Below, piece after piece: positions 37,328 to 47,773 of a stretch of DNA of 53,668 nucleotides. The notes below the pieces were generated by a model. The model was not told the DNA's origin. It did no database searches and saw only the letters and a list, made by a program, of their open reading frames with translations. Numbering within the stretch: the first letter of the stretch is position 1; every line of letters starts with the position of its first letter. Made by a program: the position numbers and the translations under genes. The DNA is from Gonapodya sp. JEL0774 (Eukaryota): contig JADIIX010000001.1 of assembly GCA_027604505.1 (NCBI GenBank), positions 620,001-673,668 of the forward strand, read 5' to 3'.

Positions 37328-38750
37328 GTAATGCGCTGGCGGTTTGAACAATGACTCTGTCTTGAAGTTTCACTGGATGAACTAAATGATGATGCGATGG
37401 CAACGCGGGCACTAATGTCCTCGACTGTCGGGTCTGCTGAGGAATCAATATACGTTTTGAAAAGGATGTCACTATCCGGGTCTGGGCAACCAAAGCAGAG
37501 CACGTGCGAGGGTATTGGTTAGAGCCTCGCCGAAAACGAGGAGCCAAGTCAAGGTTGGAGAACCACATATTATACTCACTTGCGATCTACCTTTCTGTTT
37601 CAAACCAATGAAACGCGTAAATCCAAACTTGGTTCGATCAGAGTTGTACAGCAATTGGGCTCAAACGAAGATGGTGTGGGTGCTGTGCACTCGGCTATTG
37701 CCGATCCTGCAACCTGCAGGCGGCAGTGAATGAAAGAGAACCACTATGACCGGGTTATCGCTCGCGAGAGCATGTTATTAGGTAACTGTCCGACCAAAAA
37801 CCGCACAGCATTGGGTAACTGGCTAAATGTTAAGGAACAGCCACATAGGGCATGTGTTGTGTCATCGTTGGGATATTCGGACGATTCCATGACGAGTGCA
37901 ACTGATCGCAGTAAAATGAAGTCGAAGTCGACATCGTGGAAAATCAAAGAGAAAGAGACGCCGCGGGAGCAGGTATGATCTCCGTTTGCGAGTCCGTTCT
38001 AGTGACAGACAAGGTTCATAGCAGTTCAGTAACAAAAACACTTAGCATCCTTAATGTATTTTGCATACAGAATATGGATAATTTGATCACTCCTGCTCCC
38101 TTGTCCTTTTCTTCATGCTCCATTTGCACTTCCTGTCCCTGCTTCTTACACCATCTCTTGCTCTCACCTAGCCTGGTAATTTCCTTATGGTGAGAGCCAC
38201 TACTGAATTTCAAAACACTTTAGTTGTTTGCTTGCACTGAATGGTGGAAGAATGTCCGCTGGTACTGCTTGACCATTCCTGACGGCTGCTCAACCCCACA
38301 TTCTTTCAATTGGCACCCGACTTTGAGGACAGGTAGGTACTAAATGTCAAGTGGTAGAGATAAGGGTGAAGTCCAGTGGACAGGTTCCTTGAGGGCAGGC
38401 ACTGTGCAGTGTGAGTGGGTCACTCCATGCACCGAACAAGAGCACACTGCCCCGTCACTCTCATCCTCCAAAACCTGTCTGTAACCTATCTTACTCACTT
38501 CACCTCCCTGTGCACTCTCACCTTGGGCAGAGCCCCCTTCCATTCCCCCCACGGCCAACTTCCCACAGCTCTGTGACACTCCCCACCCACAGCAATTTTC
38601 GGCGCTTTTTACACTCATGTGAGTACCTGCATGAGGCCAGCTGGTGTGGTGTGCCAGTTGTATGTGTATGCCGTTCCACAGACCGTTGACCAATTCAGCG
38701 AGTTGAAACTTGAGAGTGTGGACCGAAGAAGAAACAAAAGGTAAAAAAGA

Positions 38751-38821
38751 TGCTGCTCCCTGGAGTCGAACCAGGAACGCCACGGCCACAACGTGGTGTG
38801 ATACCGCTTCACCAGAACAGC
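38751..38821 (-). tRNA. tRNA-His(GUG), intronless
   Basis: GCTGTTC..GAGCAGC acceptor stem, CCACG-TTGTGGC-CGTGG anticodon arm, CCTGG-TTCGACT-CCAGG T arm, discriminator A and a T6 Pol III terminator immediately downstream. G-1 is not encoded. Confidence 0.96.
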
Positions 38822-39357
38822 TGGTTCTACGATGTATTTTAAGATAAAAATATATGATTACTTTTTTTGTTGTAAGACCGCAACTTTGCTCACGAACCTT
38901 TTCAACAAATTAATCATACTAATTCCACACTTCATAAATGAACTTCATGGAGACAAGTTTCTTTCTCTCAAGAACGCTTGCATCGGTCATCGGTGCGACA
39001 GAACCTTCAAAGATTCGAAATCAAGAGGAAACCATGGAAGCCGAAAAGTTATCATAGCGGAGTTCACTATTATAGAAGTGGAGCGTGTGTCTGACGTGAG
39101 TTGCCGGCCGAGTTAGTTCCTTGATGTTCCCCTTCGGTAGGGAGTGCACAGAATACTATGTATGTACTACTACGTTTAATTAAAGCGATCTAAGAGTGAT
39201 GGTCGTGTGATGGATCGCGATTCCCGATTTTATATTAATGCTTCAAATACAATCGAAAAAGAACATATTCTCTTTCGACGTGGACGGCCAACTCCATCAC
39301 CAATTGACCACAAGCACTAAACTCTTTCAAGCATTAAACCTGCACGAAAGAACTTGG

Positions 39358-40343
39358 ATGGCATCGTCCCTAGCGCCTCAATGCACTGGCCTGAAACGGG
39401 AGTACGACGCCTGTTTCAATAAATGGTATGCAGATTCATTCCTCAAGGGGATGTACGCTCCCGCCACGACATCCGACGTTACGAGCGCAACGGCGACAGG
39501 AGCAGAAGTAAAGACGAGAACGGAGTGCGATGAGCTGTTTGAAAAGTACAGGTCGTGTGTGTGGGTGAGTGCGATTGATTCCATATTGTGAGACACTTTG
39601 AGTGTATCGATACCTTCCATGATCTTTGAGGGAGGATGAGAACCGTTGGAGGAAAAAGTTCAATGAAAGTACGACTGGAGCCCTTTGTACATGGAATGCA
39701 CAAGTGTTTTCGCTCAAGACAAATGAGTTCGAAAGCAGTTTCTCGTTTGAAAGCAACTTGTCCATGTTGGAATCTCTAATAAACTAGCGAGCATTAGAAA
39801 CGGCTGACGCAAGTGGAATGGATGGCTCAGGACAGGAACCAGTCAGATCAAAGCAAAAGTTGCGTGAGGGAACTACCATCTTATTCAGGTGTTAGGCGGA
39901 AGCCAGCCCTGAAGCCCACTGAGGATCGAAGTGTAGTCCACGCCACCTCCTTGCTTGCTTGCTTTCAACGCGTGAATGCCCACATATTCGATCCACCCCT
40001 ATTGCCGTAGAGCGCAATCGAATCTCGCAACCTCGCTCCACTCATTAACGACGCGCGACGAGATACAAGTGATGCTTTCCCTTCTACTTCCACACCGTCC
40101 ACCTCTTCATCCCCGCCGTCGTCGACCCCGCAACTAGCTAGCCCTACTTCCTCTTCTAACTCCACCTCGACACCTCCGAAGCTACAAGGAACTTTCCCAT
40201 CTTCCTCTTCCTCATCCGCGGATGCGTGGCATGATTCTCATTCCCCCGCTGTCTCATTCACCACCGCATCTCCCTCCAAATCTAAGTCGGGCCAAGATTG
40301 TGAGGGAGACTCCTGCGAATACGTACCCAGGGGGAAGAGATAA
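39358..40343 (+). CDS. MDM35: Mitochondrial twin-Cx9C protein Mdm35/TRIAP1 (exons 39358-39564, 40011-40343)
   Basis: MASSLAPQCTGLKREYDACFNKWYADSFLKG...ECDELFEKYRSCVW|SAIESRNLAPLINDARRD. GTGAGT donor; second exon inferred. Confidence 0.88.
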
Positions 40344-40986
40344 GTCTTGAGATGCTACAAGTAGTTGCATGGTGGTGGATGTGGGGTGTCTGGGTGTACC
40401 AGAAATGTTAAAGATTTGTGACATATCAGGCGCTCGCCCTGGGCGATTGAAACACAATCTTGGGTTTGATGATCGTCATTACCTGAAGGTGTCCCTCCCT
40501 TCAAGCGCAGAAGTCTGTGGGTTCGCGCCGATGGTTTTGTCCGATTGAAATTGTACTTTGGATGATATTTGGAAGGTTTGAACAAACCGTCAGAGTGGGG
40601 GGATAAATTGCAATTACTAGCGTTAGGAGACTTTCACCAGCTTAAGGATGAATGTAATATGTCATTTCCATCTCTCCGCCAGATACACACACGTTTCGTA
40701 GCACGGTAGCTATCAACTCTTCATGTAATACAGCAACGGAGACGGACAAGACCGATGAAAGTTCTGGTCAGCGACCTTCGAACTCCCACGAGATCCCATG
40801 CCGTGCTAACAGTATTTCCATTACGAAGCGACACATAGTGGGTGAGCCCGCCGGTAGTTAGACGGCGGTGACGTTCGAGGATACCCACAGACGGGATTCA
40901 GCGAGCCAGAAGAGAGTGTTTTTGTATATTATCAGAGATAAATATTATCTAAATGTCCATGTTAAGGTAATACAATTGCCATCATC

Positions 40987-43417
40987 TCATTCGGAACTCT
41001 CCTCGCTCAGAACACTCTCCCCCCCATCTGCATCATCATCCTCGCCCTCCGCCTCCACCATCTCCACATCCTTCTCTGTCGCTCGACTCTTGGAGCGCCC
41101 GTTTCCTCGCCATTTACCTCCGGGCACACTCTTGCCACCTCTACCTCGAGTTCCGTTAGCAGCTTTTGCACCTCGAGAAGGTTTCGAATCCGGTTGATTA
41201 TTTATTCCCCGCTCGACAGTTGCCACGCCAGCTTCCCATAATCCTTCCGCTACTGCGGATAATCGGGCGTTTTGGGCTTCCAAATGACGAACACGTGCAA
41301 GGAGAGCGGCAGTGGAGGAAGAAGATGCACCCGTGGAGCGGGAAGTAGAAAGTGGGTTAAGAGCTGTCAGGGGTGTGTGGTATGAGAGAGAAGGTATAAA
41401 TTTCGAGCAAGTAAGAATTATGCATTGCATTCTCCTCACCGTGCATTGCCTCTTCCAGTGTATCGAGCCTGCACCCCATCCCCTCTAGCACTACCTCTAC
41501 TGTAATTTCCTCCCCACTACCTGTACCGCGTCGAGTACGCTTGAGCATACCCGCGGGGGGGAGAGGAACTGGGTGGTGTGGGTTGAGTAAGTCGATCGGG
41601 CGCGGGATGAAGGCACAAAAGGCGAGAGGACCTAGCGAGAAAACGTGTAATGTAAGACGGGCGACGACATGACGTCGAAATACGAGCACTCAACTCACCT
41701 CCTCCTGCCCCGATCGTCCGCGTCGCTCGTCCCGCAAGCACGTCCCACACAACGCACCGTCCATCCGAACCAACACTCGCCGCCGTCGCACCATCAATCG
41801 ACACCGAGATGGAATTAATTGTTCCTCGGTGCCCGCGGAGAACCCGAGGAGTTGCGGCGCGGGATGAAAACGTTGGAGCGGTGCTAGCAGTGGTGGAAGA
41901 AGAAGACGAGGAGGAGGAAGATCCGTGGAGGGCCAGCACTCGAATGCAGCCATCTGCACAGCCGACAAGCAGAGAGAGCTCTGCGGGGTCGGTGGCGAGA
42001 CATGTAGGTGCGGCAGCAGGAACTGAGGATGCAGCTGTGGCAGAGACTGACGGTGCGGCCCCGAAAGATACTCCAACTCCACCTGATATTCTCACCGCGG
42101 CGATCTCCGTGCCGTCCGCAATGCGGTGGACGCGGACGATGCCGTCAGGGGAGCATGTGTACAGGCGGGCCCGCGTAAAAGGGAGGGCAGGTGAAGGAAT
42201 TAGGTGGGAGACGGGAAGGTGATGTGGAGTGAGCAGATGAAGAGGTTTTGGCGTGGAGGATGGAGGGGTCGAGAGGAGGCTGGCGGTATTTGAAGAGAGA
42301 GGATTCGGGAATCGTTCCAGACGATCGATCCAAGGAACGTTCGTGAGTCAGGATGCTGGGTACGCTCGAAGGAAACAATCACCGAACCAAGACAAAACTC
42401 CGTACTGGGTCCTTGCGCTGGCCTACCGAGTGAGCTCAAGAAGTCTCGTGGACGTTATTCCGCTCTGTCCAGGCACAAACGTGTGTTTTACCCAAGAAAG
42501 AAGAGCAGCATTCCAGATAAGATGATCTGACCCGCTACGGGCTCAAAATACTGCAGGCAGAGCACAAGCTCAGTCATCCACCGTACCACGAGGGAACACA
42601 ACATATGTTCGAACATAAAACTGAATTGTCCCACCCGCCCTTCGCACTCACTCAGCAGCCAGCCACACAGCAACCGCACCGTCCTCTCCTCCCGAACAAA
42701 GTGCTACATCGTCTGCTGTCCATGCCACACAGGACACAGCGCGGTGGTGCGCTGCTGGTGCGGAGGCGATGAGGGAGCCGGAAAGCACATCCCAAACAAG
42801 TAGAGAGCCTTGAGGCGGAGTAGAGTTCTGGAAACGGTGAGTGTGTATCCGATTTAGGTCGAAATATTATCAAATGTTGTGATGGATAGAGCGTGAAGGA
42901 GAGTGGAAGGTCGATGGAAAGGCAAATGGACTTTTGGGGATCAGGGAACAACCCAACGCACCTGCACAGTCCCCGGATTTGATAGCACCTGTGGTGCATC
43001 GGCGGTTCCCGCTGCCAGAAACGATCCCGAATTAGAACATCCGAGTGCCCTGGGCTGAGATGGGACTGGATATCTCGCCAGAGGTTGTGGTCTTTGCCAC
43101 GACCAACTGGTAATCTGCGCCGAGTCCTGGATAGCTCCGTATGCCATGCACGGCCCTGACGCCGGTCCGGCACCTCTGCCCGACCTCGCTCTAAATGAGA
43201 CAGCACAAGGTCCTATCCTCACATGAGCCGGGCTATTTAATGTGGCAAGAAGAGCTCCTGAAGGAGGGTCCCAAACGTGCAACGCTGGAGGAATCGATGA
43301 ATTTTGTGAGTTCTGGGAGTTGAGAGTGGACGTGGTTGGTCTTGCGGAAGACCCTGTTGCCGGATTTGCGATGCGCGGTTGCGGCACCGCGCCCGTTGCT
43401 GTCACCAAAACGTCCAT
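40987..43417 (-). CDS. IPI3: WD40 protein of the Rix1 complex, Ipi3/WDR18-like (multi-exon)
   Basis: LHVWDPPSGALLATL, ITSWSWQRPQPLARYPVP..ALGCSNSGSFLAAGT, LWDVLSGSLIA..AHHRAVSCVAWTADD..LCSGGEDGAVAVW, LRGHRGTINSISVSIDGATAASVGSDGRCVVWDV and C-terminal coiled coil RVRHLEAQNARL. Confidence 0.8.
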
Positions 43418-44265
43418 CTGGAATCGGTGATTAAGCGATGGCTCGCGGGTCGTGTCTGCAATACGTATTGTTGGGTGCGTAGAGTGTGTGCGACGCTTCA
43501 GGTGACGAGCTTCAAATGCGAAGACCGAAAAGAAAAGCAATGACCCCGAGTGGCTGTGGATTGAACTTACACGCCGCAGATATTTACACAGGTTCGATGT
43601 TATTATCTACAGTCTGTTTACAGCTTCTTATTTGGACGGCATGCTCACATATGTTCGTAGGCTTGGCAGAGGTTCGCGACTCTTTGACATCCAGATTTCT
43701 TTGCCTTCTTAGTGCTTTTCTCGGGGTATTCCTCTCGTTGCAAGTAATACTATGAACTCGAGAGAGCGCCAACCGGGCGTTTTTTTTTTTTTTCATTGCA
43801 GACTGTAAAAGGACAACAACGTCATGATCTGTTGCTCGTTCAAGCCTCCGCTAAGCTATACATTTACATACGTGAGAGTGAGAGAAAAGAGAGACGGACT
43901 GGACCTGCCATTTCAGTCTTGCATCAGAGTTGTTCTCTGACTGTGTAAGGTATTTGTGCTTTGTGGATCCTCTCTTCATGAAGGGTCCCGTGAGCAATAA
44001 AACGCTGTCTAAAAATTTTATTCGGAGGCGCACACAAAGCTCAAACTGCTCAATCATTGGTCGCTTGTTACGTTATTACACACCACGCTGGATTTCCTGC
44101 CTATGCCCGGCGGCATTGGTGTCACAAAGACCCGCGACTTCATCCTCAAACGATCTGAGCCCCTGAACCTTGCTCCCCAACCCGTTTTCTGAAAAACCCG
44201 GCGACGCAACTCCCAGTCTGCGGGCGAAGCCGCTGTCCTCTTCGCCATATTGAGAGTTCCGGAAA

Positions 44266-46585
44266 ATGCTGACTCGATGGCTTACCCCCCTGGCCCTGTT
44301 CGCCAGCCCCTTCTTCGGCCTTGGGTCGGCACAAACCCAAGCATCTGATTGTGCGATCTTTGAACAGATCTTCAACAACAATGCCATCGATTTCCCATGG
44401 CCTGCTGGCCAGTGTTGTGGGTCGGTTGGGATCCTCCAGAACGCTGGCGTGTACAATTTCGGCTGTGACCTGAACAAACGAATTGTACTGGTCAGCTTGG
44501 CGAACGCGAGGTTACGGGGCACTCTGCCATCGCTCGTAGGATTAAATGAGCTGCGATACTTGGACTTGCAAGGGAACGGTTTCTCGGGGTCTTTTCCAGA
44601 CTTGTCACAAGGAGCAGCTTCACTTCTGATCCTCACAGGGAGCACTCTCACAGGCAACGTTGATGGCCTTTTGGCTGATACTCTTACCGTCTGCACGATT
44701 ACTGTAAGGTCAAATGATTCTCGCCATCTGCACCAGCCTGTCGCAGATGTTCCAATTCCTTTTCAACCATGTAGGATCTTGCGTCGAACCCCGGGCTATT
44801 CACATGTGGTGGCGCACTCCCTGACGCATGCCGCAACATTCCTTCTGGTGGTGCTCTTTGTGCAACCACGACGGTTGAAGCACGAACATCGACAGTCAAG
44901 AGAACCACCATGTCCACATTTGTTACTTCAGCAGTGACCTCTTCCACCACTACCAGGATCCTGCTCACCACTACACCCGCCGTCAACAGTGCCAAATTTT
45001 TATCCTCCTCGGTTGCCCTCGCCGTGTCTACAACAAAAGTTCCCGGCAATCCGGTGCTCGCTGCCAGCACACCTGCGCCTGTTGTGAATGTTGACTCAAG
45101 CCTCAATGGTACAACTACCACCCCTCCTTCTGCAAGTGACGCCAGCTCTGCTAGCACAACCATCAAGACCGTCACGGGAATTGCACTCGCGATCGCCATC
45201 ATCATGCTGTTTATTGTTCTCTACCTGATTTTCGGCAAAAAACGACTAAATCTTCGCCGCTTTGGGGGTCCGCCAGTGAACACGTTCTCTCACGTCGATG
45301 GAGTCTTGCCCATGTCGGCTCATCCGGTGTCCGACGGAAAATCTCTTCACAGCACACAACTCTCCACTCTTGGTGATTATCAGAGATTTGGCGATAGCCT
45401 GGTGCTGGGCCGCCTCTTCCAAGGTAGCAAACGCTTAGACAGTCGCATTCTGGGCAGTGGGAGGTCCGTCAGTGGGAAGTCCGTCAGTGGGATCTTGAGT
45501 AGTAGCAAATTGGGCAGTGGGAGGATAGCGATTTCACCTCTCGCCCATCATGTGAGGACATCACGGTCGGACGGAAACTCGTGGCAAAATATCTCTTCCA
45601 CCGAATCCTCAGATTTATCAGCGACTAGTGTGAGTGGATTCGTGGGAGCAGAGCAAAGTCGAGGGAGTAAAAGGCGCCTAAGCTCATGTTGATCTCGCCG
45701 TTTAAATCCCTGCCCAATACTCTTCAGTCCATTAAACCGCATTGGGCCTACTCGCAACTGTTGGGCTCCTCAAGTTCTGTTGACGACCCTTTTGTCGACA
45801 TCCCAGACCTGCCAATTCTGGGGGTGGAAACACCCGTGAGTTGGCCCTTTGTCGAAAGAAAATTTACTCTTCTTAATTGCGCAACTCAAATCTCTTTCGA
45901 TTTCCCCCAACCCCGCGTGACAAAAAGTTCATTCCACAATCGGAAGATGAGATTGAGCTGCGGGTTGGTGATCAGGTCAGGATCAGGAGACTCTTCCGTG
46001 ATGGATGGGCGTTTGGGGACAATGTGCGCGCTGAGGAGACAGGTCTTTTCCCCATGTAGGTCACTTTGCGCTTGGGTATCTGGTTTCCGCTTCATTCGCT
46101 CGCAACCTGAACGGATCCATTCGCATCTCACCAGTGACCACGTATTTGCCGGTGGTCGCTCGATCTCGCTGGGTTTGTTCAAACCGCGGGTTGAGTCTTA
46201 CCGGGTAAGCACCAAGTCGTGGCATCCGGAAATGTTTGATTTGTAGACTCATTTGTCTCGGTAATTCGTCTGACTTCCTCCGCAGATGAAATCGGTCTCT
46301 TCTTCTCGCACGCAACCCTCCGAATCCTCAATCCTTGCCAATATCCAGGCCCTTCTGAATCGCGTCGCGAATGGTTCGCAGCTCTCTCCGAATGTTGATT
46401 CGAATGGTTTTCCAAGGCCAACGTCCTGGACGTACTCAAACCCGCCACAGTCGCAAACGACGGGAAGTTCATTATCTGGAGGTGTTTCTGCATCCTCTAC
46501 GCCTCGCTGGTCGCTGGCGTTCGCGGGACAGTTGCCTTGGGAAACAGTTAACGGAACAGATTCCACAATTAAGCCAAGATCGTAA
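44266..46585 (+). CDS. Type I membrane protein: signal peptide, plant-type LRRs, Ser/Thr stalk, TM, cytoplasmic SH3 domain
   Basis: Signal MLTRWLTPLALFASPFFGLGSAQ, Cys cap WPAGQCC, LRRs LRGTLPSLVGLNELRYLDLQGNGFSGSFP and TM GIALAIAIIMLFIVLYLIF followed by KKR. Spliced SH3 VETP|FIPQSEDEIELRVGDQVRIRRLFRDGWAFG..ETGLFP|IDHV. Confidence 0.8.
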
Positions 46586-46728
46586 AATTGACGTGGACAG
46601 GTGCATCAAAGAAATTTTGTCAATTTATTCTCTATTGCATCTATTGTAATTAGTTTTGGACTCCTTAGAGCGAGGCTTGACGCGAGGTTACTATTACATG
46701 CATAGCAATTCACATTCCAATACTACTT

Positions 46729-47100
46729 ATGTCGACGACAACACCCTACAAAATCAACGCACCGCCACCAGTTCGACTACCGCGTTCCTTCTACTTGAAG
46801 TCTTTTGGCGGTGGATTGCTGATTGGATGCGTGATGGAAGCGTCCATGTCTCTAACGGGCTTCTGTGAGTTTCAATCGCGGTTGGGATCGGGGACACTTT
46901 CGGGAGTCACTGACGCAGTCTCTCATGATATGACAATCTACAATCATGACATGGACCTGTTTTTGCGAATTATATGTGTATCACAACCAGACGATTCTCT
47001 TCGGATCGCAGAAGGCAAAAAACGGTATAAGGAGATGCAAGAGAAAGCCGCAGCAGAGATTGAAGCCAAGAATACCGTTACAACCCGGAATCTGTCTTAA
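46729..47100 (+). CDS. Small single-TM protein, SMIM4/UQCC5-like (intron ~46865-46990)
   Basis: FYLKSFGGGLLIGCVMEASMSLTGF|YDSLRIAEGKKR resembles the G..ME..M....FYD motif of the SMIM4-type family. In-frame GT-AG intron. Confidence 0.5.
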   Translation: MSTTTPYKINAPPPVRLPRSFYLKSFGGGLLIGCVMEASMSLTGFCEFQSRLGSGTLSGVTDAVSHDMTIYNHDMDLFLRIICVSQPDDSLRIAEGKKRYKEMQEKAAAEIEAKNTVTTRNLS

Positions 47101-47773
47101 GGTACAGCATCCCTCCGAATAACGTGTCACTTTACGGACTTGAGGTGGCAGCAGTTCGTACATTGTCGACTTGAAGCTCAGGAACGTTCGGCAATTCGAT
47201 GTTTCACAGTCATCAAGTGCGAAGAGCAGAGGAGGGCGGCTGGATGGAGCATTGTTTCCAGTTTTGAGGTTTTCGACATTGTATATAGATCTATAGGAAT
47301 CCAAAATGACACATTGCAAGAGAGGGAATAGGGGACGGGGTCGATAAATTCACTATACTAAATTCAGATATGGGAGTTGAACGTGAACGGCGCACGATCA
47401 TCCAATGAATGACCTGATGTGTATGTGTCCCGATCAGTGGTCAACCCCTTGACTCTGTGGTTGAGTATTATTAAAACTGTAATTACTCAAAACGCGAGAG
47501 GATGCACGGTGTCCGGTGGAGGATAATCGCCAGCTTTGTGGTCCTTCTTCAGCTGTCTTCCCCGTCCTTCTCTTTCAACATTCAATTCTCGGTAGGTGAA
47601 GCTCTAGACTCCCCAATTTCGAGACACTACCATTCATATGAATCGACCCCTTAGGAAACCCCTTAGCTGTCGGAATTCCTCCCTACGTCACGCCTGTATG
47701 CAAAATTCGGGACTCGTCTCGACAATTATCGTATTTTGTAACTTACTACTCGTCGGTCATCAATGTTTGGAGA

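Noticed and set aside
45454..45525. Short cagtggga repeats
   Set aside because: A coding microrepeat (SGRSV/SGKSV) in a low-complexity cytoplasmic linker.
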